DNA of 63,385 nt, filler included, from Octopus bimaculoides (GCF_001194135.2; 5 parts of 4 records of this genome joined end to end with filler, not necessarily neighbours in it); one strand, 5' to 3'; positions 50,638 through 63,385 are shown, counted from the first letter of the whole stretch. A program made the numbers and translations. Notes: a model not told the origin generated them from the letters alone.

Positions 50638-51699
50638 TTCATTCATATTTTTTTATTATTACGTTTGTAGAAATAAATAATCTTGTATTTTTCTATTATT
50701 CAATTGATCTTTAATCATAATTAAATAAACGTCTTTAGCTTTAAATAGTATAGCTTTAACTATTACACCGGTTAAATATGTACTAATTTTATCTTCATTA
50801 TTATTTTAAACTTAAACTTNNNNNNNNNNNNNNNNNNNNNNNNNNNNNNNNNNNNNNNNNNNNNNNNNNNNNNNNNNNNNNNNNNNNNNNNNNNNNNNNN
50901 NNNNNNNNNNNNNNNNNNNNNNNNNNNNNNNNNNNNNNNNNNNNNNNNNNNNNNNNNNNNNNNNNNNNNNNNNNNNNNNNNNNNNNNNNNNNNNNNNNNN
51001 NNNNNNNNNNNNNNNNNNNNNNNNNNNNNNNNNNNNNNNNNNNNNNNNNNNNNNNNNNNNNNNNNNNNNNNNNNNNNNNNNNNNNNNNNNNNNNNNNNNN
51101 NNNNNNNNNNNNNNNNNNNNNNNNNNNNNNNNNNNNNNNNNNNNNNNNNNNNNNNNNNNNNNNNNNNNNNNNNNNNNNNNNNNNNNNNNNNNNNNNNNNN
51201 NNNNNNNNNNNNNNNNNNNNNNNNNNNNNNNNNNNNNNNNNNNNNNNNNNNNNNNNNNNNNNNNNNNNNNNNNNNNNNNNNNNNNNNNNNNNNNNNNNNN
51301 NNNNNNNNNNNNNNNNNNNNNNNNNNNNNNNNNNNNNNNNNNNNNNNNNNNNNNNNNNNNNNNNNNNNNNNNNNNNNNNNNNNNNNNNNNNNNNNNNNNN
51401 NNNNNNNNNNNNNNNNNNNNNNNNNNNNNNNNNNNNNNNNNNNNNNNNNNNNNNNNNNNNNNTGTGTGTGTGTGTGTGTATGTTTGTGTGTCTGTGTTTG
51501 TCCCCCCCACCATTGCTTGACAACCGATGCTGGTGTGTTTACGGCCCCGTAACTTAGTGGTTTGGTAAAAAGAGACCGATAGAATAAGTACTAGGCTTAC
51601 AAAGAGTAAGTCCTGGGGTCGATTTGCTCGACTAAAGGTGGTGCTCCAGCATGGCCGCAGTCAAAAATGACTGAAACAAGTAAAAGAGTAAAAGAGTAT

Positions 51700-51890
51700 A
51701 AAGAAGATTTGGCAAGTCATCTTGATACAGCTTCTGTTTTCTGATTCCTCAAACAGAATTCAAAATGACTTGATCCATGTAGTTGAAAAAGTTACATTAA
51801 ATGAAATAGAAAATGAAGTAGATTAAATTTATAGCTACGTCTGCAGATGAAATGTCTACTTTATTGAACAATTCACAACTGTAAACTGTT
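51700..51890 (+). mobile_element. Degenerate hAT-type transposase fragment
   Basis: IQNDLI...FIATSADEMST resembles the IQNELI...FSILADETTD region of hAT/ZMYM1-like transposases. Confidence 0.35.
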
Positions 51891-51944
51891 TTGCATTGTG
51901 TTACTAAAGAACTATTTACCAGTTTTAATGATGTTAGTGCAATC

Positions 51945-52571
51945 TCAGGACAGAGCAATCTGACTGATAAAAATCAAACATCCAGTCAAAATCATGGTGT
52001 TTGGAGTGATCACTAGTGATGGTGATGTTATGCCATCTTCCCACACAGCCTCAGACTCAACATGGAAGCCAACATCAAGTACCTGGAGGAGGTAATGCTG
52101 TCCTGGGTCAAGAGGGTGTCTACTGGAAGACTCTAAACCTGGCAATAGGACTCTGCACCATGCCACACAAGCAGGATAACCCAGTCATGGCCATCAGACA
52201 ATTTCTGCAGCCACATCACCCCTAACATCTGACCACCTAACTCCCCAGACTGCAACCTCCTTGATTATTATGTGTGGGGTGCAGTTGAGCGAGAGACCAA
52301 CAAAACTCCTAACACCAAAGATAAACTGAAGGCAAAGATTATAGCAGCATTCTCTAACTTAAACAAGGAGAGCGACCACAAGAGTTGCAGGAGATCCTGA
52401 AATCGTCTGGTGGATGCGGTTGAAGCCAATAGCGATTTTGTTGAATAAATTTACTCTTTTGTATTTCAAGATATTTTTATGTAATTTTGGTAAATATGTC
52501 TGTTAAAATGAGATGTTGGTATTATTTTCGCTTTTGCATAATTTAAATGACAGTTTATTCACAGCACCCTG

Positions 52572-52573
<2 letters not shown>
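51945..52573 (+). mobile_element. Tc1/mariner (maT, DD37D-like) 3' half with terminal repeat
   Basis: KHPVKIMVFGVITSDGDVMP, QQDSAPCH-like and PPNSPDCNxLDYYVWGAVERETNK motifs with frameshifts; ends cacagcaccctgta. Confidence 0.8.
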
Positions 52574-52666
<93 letters not shown>

Positions 52667-53589
52667 AAAATATGTGCAAATATGCTTGTGGACATATAAT
52701 GTCTCTGCATGCTTATATATGCATGTATCTGTTAGTATGTGTGTGTGCATATACAATATGAGAAGCTATATGCATGTATATATGCGTGTGTATCTGTTTG
52801 TAAATTTATATCATTGCTATTATGTTAAACTGTCGTATGTCCAAATTGACCGAATGCAGTTTTGTCAATATTATTTTTGCTTGCAATAGCCAGTTCTTTT
52901 GGTCCAACAACTATCATATCCCCAGCTGCTTCATATGTCATGATATCAAAAATTGTCAAAGTGTAATACAACAGTTTTGCTATGGAATGGTGAAACTATT
53001 TTTTCGTTTTCTGAAAAAGCAACACTTTGGACTTACAACACTTTTGCATAATAAGAACAATATATATTTATGCACGAGAGTATGTGTGTGTGTGTGTGTA
53101 AGTATATATTTATATATGACTGTTTGTATGCATATATGTTTATGTTCACATGTCTAAGACTATTTCTCTATGTACTCCTTTTATTTGTTCTAACTTATAT
53201 TTTGTTTGTTTATATTTATCTATAATGCTTTATGACTTCTGAAAATGTCAGACTATTTCTGTTGCAAGACTTAGTCTGAAAATTTGTGTAATATAAGCTT
53301 TTTTTTTTATGTATACTTTTTAAAAGCACTCACTTTATACAACTCTTTAAATATGAACAAGACTTCCCATCTCTTATCTATCTACTTCTTTTCAGTTTCA
53401 AACATGGAAGTAACTATGAATATTTATCATTATATACAGTTGCAAGTTTTTCATAACACTTATGATTATGTAATTTATAAAGAATGACAAAAGATGACCA
53501 TCCCCAGATATAACAGGAGTTTCAACACATGATTTCACATTTAGAATCTTAAAAGTACATAAACTTATGTTAAACTTATTTTATGTAAT

Positions 53590-53972
53590 TACTAGCAGAG
53601 ATACCCGGCATTGCCCGTGTTACATGCAATTGAAAAATGAGACTTTTCTGTTATATTTTCTGTAAGGAACTGGAATACATATGATTCGAATTTCATCAAA
53701 ATTGCACATGAGGGTTCTTTCCCTCTTTACACACTCTAAAGAAATTCTAATCATGAGACATGTATCCCATACTATTGATCTTTATGCGCATATTCCAAAA
53801 TTTCAGTCTTCTGGAACCTGTGAAAAAGATTTTGCTCCTGCAAAATGGAGCTCATGGAGCTCTAAAATGTGGGAATGAAGGCCCCTATTGGGGGTGGGGG
53901 TGTTAATGTCAACCAGAGAAGTTGAATTGTTGGGAATGTTTTTACTTGGGTCTTATAGTATGCCTGTATATA
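53590..53972 (+). mobile_element. Possible non-autonomous Helitron-like element
   Basis: Starts actagcagagatacccggcattgccc, resembling Helitron-family non-autonomous termini. Confidence 0.35.
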
Positions 53973-54072
53973 NNNNNNNNNNNNNNNNNNNNNNNNNNNN
54001 NNNNNNNNNNNNNNNNTTAATTAATTAANNNNNNNNNNNNNNNNNNNNNNNNNNNNNNNNNNNNNNNNNNNN
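53973..54072. other. Unsized scaffold join
   Basis: TTAATTAATTAA spacer in 100 nt of N. Confidence 0.9.
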
Positions 54073-54109
54073 TATATATATATATATAGGAGGGAGAGAG
54101 AGAGAGGGA

Positions 54110-54157
<48 letters not shown>

Positions 54158-54544
54158 GCGTCTTACGTTTAAACATTCACAAAAATGTGCCTTTTGTCTT
54201 CATTCCAGCTGTTTAATTGCTATTTTGTGCCTGTATATACGCATAAAACGAGAAAAGCAGTACATAACTTCATATCTCCTCAACTTTAGTCTGGAAGTTA
54301 AAACATGTCACAACTAACCTTGTACTGTGATTGGCTATTTCACTGGACTTGCTATATTCACAAAACAGGTTTGATTCCTTCATCTTATGCAAAGAGAGCT
54401 CGTATTTTTCTATATTTTTTAAAGGTGACTAAGTAAATATTGATATGGACTAAATCTCTCCCCTTAAAATTGCTGGTCTTTTGCCTAAATTAAAAGCATA
54501 TTATTATTATTATTATTATCATTATTATTATTATTATTATTATT

Positions 54545-54865
54545 GTTCAGTAGTTTTATTTTTATAACGTGCTTTCACTTCACTACCAAGCGCAGCTCTG
54601 TGCGCCTTGGGTATGTGCTGTGGTTTGCTGTGGTGCTCTTATGGTTACTGTATTGAAAGTGTTTTGCGTAGAATATGTGCAGTACCCAGTAGTGCAAATT
54701 TCTGTATGTTATATATATTTGTAAGTCCTGGTGTTTTTGTTATGTATTTGTCTGAATATTTTTTATTATACCTAAGGCACCTACTATGATAGGAATTGTT
54801 TCTGTTTTTAGATTCCACATTCGAGTTATCTCTATTTCCAGGTCTTTGTATTTTGAAAGTTTTTC
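54545..54865 (-). mobile_element. R4/Dong-clade LINE 3' end abutting (TTA)n
   Basis: KLSKYKDLEIEITRMWNLKTETIPIIVGALG...QKFALLGTAHILRKTL. Confidence 0.8.
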
Positions 54866-55139
54866 NNNNNNNNNNNNNNNNNNNNNNNNNNNNNNNNNNN
54901 NNNNNNNNNNNNNNNNNNNNNNNNNNNNNNNNNNNNNNNNNNNNNNNNNNNNNNNNNNNNNNNNNNNNNNNNNNNNNNNNNNNNNNNNNNNNNNNNNNNN
55001 NNNNNNNNNNNNNNNNNNNNNNNNNNNNNNNNNNNNNNNNNNNNNNNNNNNNNNNNNNNNNNNNNNNNNNNNNNNNNNNNNNNNNNNNNNNNNNNNNNNN
55101 NNNNNNNNNNNNNNNNNNACATAGTGTTGTTGTAGAGAA

Positions 55140-55306
55140 TGTTTAAGAAACCATAAGAAAATTATGTGCTTGTTTTAAAATTTGAGATCACATAGACAGT
55201 ATTTTACGTAGGATATGGGCAGTTCCCTTGAGCACTATCTTTTGAACTTCAGCCATTTTGGGGTTTCCTGGTATCTGAGCTAGGTAGTAATCAGCCCGTT
55301 TCGCTG

Positions 55307-55310
<4 letters not shown>
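55140..55310 (-). mobile_element. R4/Dong-clade LINE 3' end (second variant)
   Basis: Frameshifted EVQKIVLKGTAHILRKIL-like tail next to (TTA)n. Confidence 0.6.
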
Positions 55311-55385
<75 letters not shown>

Positions 55386-55386
<1 letters not shown>

Positions 55387-56490
55387 GAAGACGTCGCACA
55401 GTATCCAATATTGTGATGTTGTTGATTGAAGATATTGTGTCTACCGGGGTTTTGTACTGCTTGTCAATTACATCAAGGACCTCAGACTGACAGTACTTAA
55501 TGCAATATGCTTGCAGATCCAAGTAAAGCCGATTTTTACAATACACCTAAATTGTAGGGTATTTCTAAAGTTTCCAGATTATTTTTTATCATCATTTTCT
55601 CTTTATCACAGGTTTTGTGGGACCTCTTGGAGTTTTGCATGCGTTAGTGCGCTCACTATCTGCAGCCTACGGTACCATGCTATTCGTTCTATTCAATTGT
55701 CTAATAATTTCCTGATTATTCTGGCCGTGCCAAGGAGGCACACCTTTTGTAACAGCTCTACCAAGCACTCTATTCTGATTTCCTTTATATTCCTCTTGAT
55801 GCCTTCTGATATTGTTCCCAAGGACCCAACAATAATTGGTATTATCTTCACCTTCATTTTCCATAGCCGGACTATTTCGTACTTAAGAGGGTTATATCTA
55901 TCTCTCTTTTCGCTTTCCTTCTTGACTATTAGTGGGTCAACTATGTAGCATATGTGGTGCCCCTTGTCCCCCACCGCTAGGTCCGGTCTGTTATGCTCTA
56001 GCACCTGATCTGTTTGGATTGGGAAATCCCAGAGGATTTTGTTAGTCACCGACTCTGTCACTCTCTGCAGTTTGTGCTCATAGCTATTTTAGCCCCCACT
56101 TTTCACAGTTTCCAATGTAGCACTTTCGTTACTTGGTCGTGTCGCCACAGCTTGAAGTGGCTTGAAGCAAGTCTAGGGCATTCGCTCGTGATATGGGCAA
56201 TGGTTTTATCTACTCTATTGCAGATGCAGCACAACGGAGACACTTGTTCATTCCTTAGGTTGACCCTCCAGTTCGTAGCAAGAGCTTGGTCCTGCGCTGC
56301 CTGTATAGTGCTCTTGGTCTCTCTTTTTAAGGTTCCTTTCATCAGCCAATCGCACCTATTTTTTCCAGCAACTTCTGTTGTGGCTACATGGATTGATTGT
56401 GTAGTTCCTTCTTGGGTAATTCTTCTTCGTGTCCATTTTTGTATGTTTTCCTTTGTTTTTCCTTTTTTGTTTGCTCTCATGTTGTTATTT
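55386..56490 (-). mobile_element. R4/Dong-clade LINE: CCHC zinc knuckle + restriction-like endonuclease region
   Basis: QAAQDQAL...PLCCICNRVDKTIAHITSEC...RHD; ILWDFPIQTDQVLEHNRPDL...IIPIIVGSLG...LLGTARIIRK. Confidence 0.9.
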
Positions 56491-56496
56491 ATATTA

Positions 56497-56760
56497 TAGA
56501 CGTCGCACAGTATACATTATCGTGAGGTTGATGATTGAAGATATTGTGTCAACCTTTTCTCTTTCTTTCCTGATGTTATGCTGATCTCCTGGCACTGCCA
56601 TGTCAATTTTTAGGCACTCTTGTTTGTCCCTCCTAAAGGTTACTATATCCAGCCTTCGGTGCTCTAAGATCTTGTCCGTCTGGAAATCAAAGTCCCAGAG
56701 AGTTTTTGCCTTCTCCTTTTCGTCCATTACCTTTTCTGGTCTATGTTGTTACCAAGCAGC
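56497..56760 (-). mobile_element. R4/Dong-clade LINE fragment with internal deletion
   Basis: TLWDFDFQTDKILEHRRLDIV...IDMAVPGD; 3' tail shared with 55386-55445. Confidence 0.75.
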
Positions 56761-56810
56761 CGTAACCTCCAATCCATACTTCTGGCATAGTAGCCAGTGG
56801 AGGTTTGGGG

Positions 56811-57182
56811 CTTATTACTGCCTCCGCCTTAGCGAAGGTGGCGGTATTGTTTTCAGTCGTGTTTGTTTAATAGTTTGGCCGTGGACAAGATATCTCAATA
56901 ACCGCTGGATGGATTCGAATGACACTTTCAGAGAGTTTAGCCGCGTGACTGGCATGAACTGATTAGATTTTGAGATCGATCCTGTATCGGACAAGGATTC
57001 TGGATTATTTTTTGTTTCTTTACTTAATTTTTGAGAGCGGAAGGGTTCATTTTTAGTATTCTCGTTTGTGAGAGCAATCAAGTTTATTTCAAATATTCTC
57101 ATTTTAAAAATCATCTCTGACTAAACGTTGAGAGGACGTTGGTGTTGCCTTGGCGGAGGTTTGTGCTCTCTGAGTGCTCTTG

Positions 57183-57185
<3 letters not shown>
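56811..57185. mobile_element. Non-autonomous element, possibly Crypton-like
   Basis: ttattactgcctccgcc at the left end and cttggcggaggtttgtgctctctgagtgc at the right end; superfamily assignment from memory only. Confidence 0.35.
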
Positions 57186-57240
<55 letters not shown>

Positions 57241-57241
<1 letters not shown>

Positions 57242-57360
57242 GTTCAGTAGTTTTATTTTTATAACGTGCTTTCACTTCACTACCGAGCGCAGCTCTGTGC
57301 GCCTTGGGTATGTGCTGTGGTTTGCTGTGGTGCTCTTATGGTTACTGTATTGAAAGTGTT
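57241..57360 (-). mobile_element. R4/Dong 3' tail, near-identical to 54545-54665
   Basis: Direct sequence comparison; abuts (TTA)n. Confidence 0.8.
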
Positions 57361-57469
57361 ATTATTATTTATTTTTTTTCTTTTTTTTATATTTTTAAAA
57401 GGATTGACGTAACTCTTCACAAAGATAAACAGTCAAGACGAAGAGCGCGATTCGATTGTAAGATATTTT

Positions 57470-58444
57470 ATTAGTCGAACGATATTTCAACAGCTCAAAA
57501 ATAGTTTAAATGATTTCGCAGTGGAGACCTGATCCTTGAAGATCGTGAGCATGGTGGACGCCCATCTGTCATCGATGACGGTCAATTAAAGACCGTCATT
57601 GAGAAAGATCCACGTAAAACCACTCGAGAACTGGCAAAAGAACTTCAAGTTTGCCAGAAAACTGCCTGCAACTATTTGCATGCGATCGGAAAATAAAAAA
57701 AGCCTGACAAATGGGTACCATACGATTTGAATTAAAATCAGAAAATGGACAGATATGAAGTTTGCTCGTCGCTTCTTCTCCGTAACCAGACCGATCCATT
57801 TCTCGGCCATATTGTAACTTGCGATGAAAAGTGGATTCAGTACAAATATACAAAAATGTTCTTCGCAGTGGTTGGACCAAAATGAAGTTCCAAAAGTCTT
57901 CCCTAAACCCGAGCTCTTCAAAAAGAAGGTTATGGTGACTCTTTGGTGGTGTACTGCTGGACTCATCCACTGTAACTTCTTAAAACTCGGAAAAACCATT
58001 ACTGCAGAAGCATATTGCCATGAAATTGCTAAAATGAACGGAAAACTGCCACCCCTCTGTCCCAGACTGGTCAACACAAGAGGGCCAATCATTCTTCATG
58101 ACAATGCTTGACCACACGTTTCATTAATGATGCTCCAGAACTTGAGGGAACTTGGCTTCGGAGTTCTTTCCCGCCCAGATCTTTCTCCTACCAACAATCA
58201 CTTTTTCAAGCACCTTCATGGTTTCCTACGAGAGAAGGAATTCAAAAATCAAGCCTGAAAATGCGTTCAAAGAGTCATCAGCTCCAGAACTCCAAATTTT
58301 TATGTTACCGGAATAAACAAACTTGTAATTCGTTGGCAAATACGTGTTGATTATATTTTGATGAATAAAATTTCCGTATTGTTGAAATATATTGTGATGA
58401 ATTTCATGTTTCAAAACCTTGCTTACTTTTTACTCAGCCTGATA
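57470..58444 (+). mobile_element. Mariner (DD34D, Mos1/SETMAR-like) transposase pseudogene with 3' terminus
   Basis: GRPS, WVPYDL, IVTCDEKWI, KVMVTLWW, ILHDNA motifs with stops and frameshifts. Confidence 0.9.
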
Positions 58445-59021
58445 ACTCTGAGCCAAAAATGAATATTCCGATACAATGTAAGATATAGTCTTATCTATAA
58501 TATCATACATACTACATTTTGAGTGAACAGTCTTGCTGTTCTATCATTGTCTTGATCCAATTTTCCTGTGTTGCCAAAGTCATTCTCCAGTCTCTTTCTT
58601 CAAATCTATTCTCTTTAACCAAAACCAGCTGCCCTATCATCCTTTATGTCTTGTAGTTTTGAAAAATATTAAGTGAAGCTTTTTTCCTTCAATTTGATTT
58701 CATCTTTTTTAGCATTTACAGGGTCAAAAAGGAGACAGACACTGAGACAATATGGGGCTCCACAGTCAGTTAATTTGAGGACGATAGACCGATCTAAGGT
58801 TTTTAAAAAATGCATTAAACATGACATGATGCAGTAAATTCCGAAAGGAAAACATTTGGCTGAAGATCGGAATGAGGTAATTCATACCCCTAACCGTGAA
58901 ATGTCGTACCAAATTAATTAAAGGCAGGTTTGTTTTTTACTCTTCTCTTCTGTTTTTTGTTCTGTGTGTACCATAAATATCGCTATCAATTAGAGAAAAA
59001 TTTGTAGTTTTGGAATCAGTA

Positions 59022-59121
59022 NNNNNNNNNNNNNNNNNNNNNNNNNNNNNNNNNNNNNNNNNNNNTTAATTAATTAANNNNNNNNNNNNNNNNNNNNNNN
59101 NNNNNNNNNNNNNNNNNNNNN
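59022..59121. other. Unsized scaffold join
   Basis: TTAATTAATTAA spacer in 100 nt of N. Confidence 0.9.
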
Positions 59122-59681
59122 ACACAACCCACATCTACTTACATACCCCTCCTCTACTCCCACCAGCAGCCTAACCCACCCCACCCTTGCTTTCCCCACT
59201 CTCGCCTCCCCCCACCTCCCTCACCTCCCAACACTATCACACTACACCACTACACCATACACCACCATACCACACAACACCACATCACATCACATCACAT
59301 CACCACGCATACACTAGCAATGACCACTTACCAGCCCCACATCCACACACCTACACACACACGCACACGTCAAGGTAACCAGCCCTCTTCCACACGTACA
59401 TAATGCTCTCTTATACATACGAACGCGCACCTTCGTTTTGGGATCACCACTACTTTATTATCTCCCCTTCTTCCTAGCTCTTCTGTGTGGACCCTCTGTC
59501 CGGCATTCGCCATGATAGATCGCTAGCCACTACACATTCTTTATTTTCACTCCTTGTGGCTTTTTGTGGAAGAGCGTAGGCTCGAAACGTTAAAGACTTT
59601 TTCACTTCCCGAACGTTAATCTAATACATCTGTTTGTTGTCTACACCACCTCTTTTCGTCTTTTGTTTTTTTGTGACTTCT

Positions 59682-59685
<4 letters not shown>
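59122..59685 (+). mobile_element. Penelope-like element terminal region
   Basis: C/A-rich body and gaagagcgtaggctcgaaacgtta end motif. Confidence 0.55.
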
Positions 59686-59732
<47 letters not shown>

Positions 59733-60597
59733 AGTGCGTGTGTGTGTGTGTGTGTGTGTGTGCATGTTTGTGTGTTTGTGTTTGTCCCCCCACAACATCG
59801 CTTGACAACCGATGTTGGCATGTTTACCGCCCCGTAACTTATCGGTTCGGGAACATGACCGATAGAATAAGTACTAGGCTTTCAAGGAATCTAGTGAGGA
59901 CCTCAAATGACTACTGGACAGTGTTGTAAGTCAACTTTAATGCAGTAACCTAATATGTACTGACCACTATATGTATATGATATATGTGTGTGTGAGTATA
60001 TGTGTGTATGTGTGCGTGCCTGTGTGTGCCTCTGTGTGTTTGTGTGTACATTATTGATTCTCCCAACGACTGTGAGGCGTGATAAGTCGGACATACACTT
60101 TGAATGAACATGTACAGTGTCAAACGATTGTACAAAGACGTGTGCTCTTAATGAAATTCTTAAGCAGAATCGAAGTAAGAAGGTGATGAATGTTGACATT
60201 CGAATTTAAACTGCTGTCCATCCGGCATGCTTCTAAATAATCTCTGTCCACCTAATGTCACTCAATTGGGGACTTCCTGAGGTCTTGGTAAAGACACTTC
60301 AGAGGACAGTAGTTGTATCGAAATTGGGAGTTTAGTGATTGCAATGCGAAATTATTAATAATTAATTTATGCCTGCATCAGTAGACACCCAGCAAACACA
60401 ACTTCAAAATGCATATATGTATATGGACACCGAATGTCATACATAGATTAAATATATATATGCCGCAGCATGGCCACAGCCTCAGGGCCGAAACACACAG
60501 GCTAAAAGGATGAAAGATTATATACATGTATACTTGGGTGTGTATGCATATATCAAAAGTTTTACATATATATGTGTGTGTGTGTGTGTGTGTTTCC

Positions 60598-60663
<66 letters not shown>

Positions 60664-60789
60664 GTAGCTATCTATCTATTTATCTATATATGAATACATT
60701 CATATATTGATATGTAAGTGTATATATGCACAGATACACAGAGAGAGACACAATGACACACATATTCACAGGAAAACGTTCTTTATCGT

Positions 60790-60909
60790 AAACCAATGAG
60801 ATAGGAAATAGAATTCTTGGGGAAGAATTCAAAACGCGATGATTAACGATTGGAGAATGAAATAAAAAAGAACGGTACTTCCGGAAAATGAAAGCTATTT
60901 CCGGTGAGT
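60790..60909 (+). promoter_or_regulatory. Candidate promoter/first-exon end: CCAAT (60793), ATTGG (60849), ETS-type ACTTCCGG (60877), donor CCG|gtgagt (60903)
   Basis: Motif clustering within ~120 nt of non-repeat sequence; inference only. Confidence 0.35.
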
Positions 60910-61104
60910 ATATCAGACCACAACAGTACGAAGGTACATTTTGTATTTAAATGCAACGATTTATATTGGAGCTTCATTTATCTTAAACAAGGTGAGACAG
61001 AATATAATATTGATTTTCCCCTACGATTTATCTGTAAAGTTTCTTTGCTATAATGCCTTAGACAAAAGTATCCATGCTTGCATTTTTATGTGTTCTAAGG
61101 TGTT

Positions 61105-61151
<47 letters not shown>

Positions 61152-61679
61152 GCACACTTCACACACGCTACACACACGCGCGCCCATGTATAATGCACAC
61201 ATGCATAAATTCCTTCCTACATACCTACTTGCTTACGAATTCACGAATGTACACATACACACAGTCATTCATACCATGTATACCTTACTGATTTATATTG
61301 TTTCAGTCATTAGACAACGCCCATACTGTAGCACTATCTTGAAGTATGTTGTCGATCACTATGTATTTTAAAGTTAGGCAGTTATCCTATTGTTATATTT
61401 TGCAAGTTGAATCCATGCATATAAAAAGAAAACAGAAGTTTAAAGAATTATGTGGAATGAGTGGATATACCCGGGTCTTGACCGAGCACTTGCTTGAAGT
61501 CTATTAACAGTGCGTACTCCGGTGGGAACTACATTAGTTCCATCTTCCTAATCATGGATACTGTGAGTTGGAGGACTATAAAGTCTAAAACATTAATCAG
61601 AATGAAATAAGCTAAAAACAAACCATGCGAAAATCTGTGACACTGATGAAAGCTACATATAATAATCTTTCCCACTCTC

Positions 61680-62070
61680 AGCACAAGGCCCGAAATTATC
61701 GGGGGAGGGAGGCCAGTCGATTAGATCGACTCCAGTACGCAACTGGTATTTAATTTATCGACCCCGAAAAGATGAAAAGCAAAGTCGACCTCAGCGGACT
61801 TCGAACTCAGAACGTAAAGACAGACGAAATATCGCTCATCATTTCGCCCGGCGTGCTAACGTTTCTCATTTCTTTACTGCCCACAAGGGGCTACACACAG
61901 AGGGGACAAACAAGGACGGACAAACGGATTAAGTCGATTATATCGACCTCAATGTGTAGCTGGTACTTATTTAATCGACCCAGAAAGGATGAAAGGCAAA
62001 GTCGACCTCGACGGAATTTGAACTCAGAACGTAGCGGCAGACGAAATACCGGTAAGCATTTCGCCCGGCC
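61680..62070 (-). mobile_element. Dimeric SINE family C
   Basis: Reverse complement of the 25697-26130 unit. Confidence 0.85.
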
Positions 62071-63385
62071 GCCCTGAAAGCTGCATATAATAATAAAAGC
62101 TATTCCTTGCCAAATATTGCCTTTCAGTATCGCAACCATGTAAATATGGAATATATTTCGCTAGAAATTTATATATTCTGTGGTTTATATATTCGGAAAC
62201 CTAAATTATTCTGGTACATCTAATAATCTTATTAATGTAATTATATTCGATAATATATTAAATCAATCAAGATATACGTACTTTGGGCACATTTATGTGT
62301 AAAATAGGTACTGATGAAATCATAAATATGTAAGGTATGTAAGATGGTAGAAATAGGAAAAAATGTAATTATTACAACAGGAAGGAGAAATATTTAGTCT
62401 GAAAAGATAAAATTGTATATTGTATAATGAAAAGTACGGAAATGGACCATATATATAATTAGAGATCTGTTCTGTTAAGAAAAAAATGAGACTATCACAT
62501 CTGCAAACACTGCTTAAATTCATTGTGCAACACAATCAAACTATAATAATAACGTTTGTAGCGTTTCAAAAACAACAAAATAAAACAAGTAAACAAAACA
62601 AAAGTAGGAGATCAGCAAAAACAACAGTGAAAATAAACCAACTGAGAATAAAACGGAGCAAAATTAACAAAACCGACAGCGCAGTAATGAAAATATACAT
62701 AGAAAAGCAAAACTATTTGTGGAAAAAAAGAAATCTGTTACTAAAAAGCATTGCTTTCAATATGGAAGTAAATCTCTCACATCATAAATTTAAGATTTGC
62801 AATGTAGGTGAACATCATACCACTATCTCATTGATGTGACCTCGTAAACATAGAGCAAATTACATCTAAGCTAGAGAAAATATGTATGATTAAGTACTTT
62901 TGCTCTGGACTATAATTTTCATTTGAAATGTTCAGCCTTTCGGATTAATGTCCATGTTAAATGTATTCTTTTAATACATTCTACGTTCATTGTTTCTCTT
63001 TAATTCACAAATCTAAGATTGAAAAAGAAATTCTAATAAGATGTAATTTTTTCTCACTCTATTATTTCAGATGTTTTTCATTCAAATTGAACGATCGATA
63101 TATGAAGTCAATAGTGAATGTTCTTCCGCAAAATTTCAAGATTTATTTTAAAATATTTTAAATAAAATAAAAAAACAAAACAAAACAACATACTGTACAT
63201 TTGCAGAGAAATCGATTATTGCTGATTGCGAATATTTAAGATTGAGAAAAATGATATATATTATCTAAGGAATTCTACTATAAAAATTATCTGTTTCGAC
63301 ATTGTTTAGAATATTCTGCTCGAGCTAAGTGATATAAATAAGAAATTCAAGTATAATATATATATATGTATATATATATGTATAA

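Overview
AT-rich, microsatellite- and repeat-dense eukaryotic genomic DNA with many N gaps. The SINE/RTE repeat content suggests an octopus draft assembly (inference, not checked by search). Two spliced protein-coding genes can be reconstructed by hand; the ORF track shows only some of their exons, as unspliced fragments. (1) On the + strand, three coding exons (23054-23189, 27420-27579, 33026-33143) encode the N-terminal 138 aa of an IQCB1/NPHP5 ciliary-protein orthologue. (2) On the - strand, four coding exons (46412-46352, 44904-44659, 41648-41510, 38980-38814) encode signal peptide + heavily N-glycosylated Ig-like domain + a C-x9-C-x-W cytokine-binding FN3 domain, i.e. a class I (gp130/Domeless-like) cytokine receptor, with one GC-AG intron. 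The two genes converge and both lose their 3' halves around an unsized 100-N scaffold join at 36363-36462. The rest is transposon-derived: RTE LINEs, a cluster of R4/Dong-type LINE 3' ends in (TTA)n, mariner/Tc1 and hAT remnants, SINE families, Penelope-like ends with hammerhead-like remnants, a ~360-bp fold-back element and a decayed 5S rRNA copy. Nearly all ORFs in the supplied track are microsatellite, gap or repeat artefacts.
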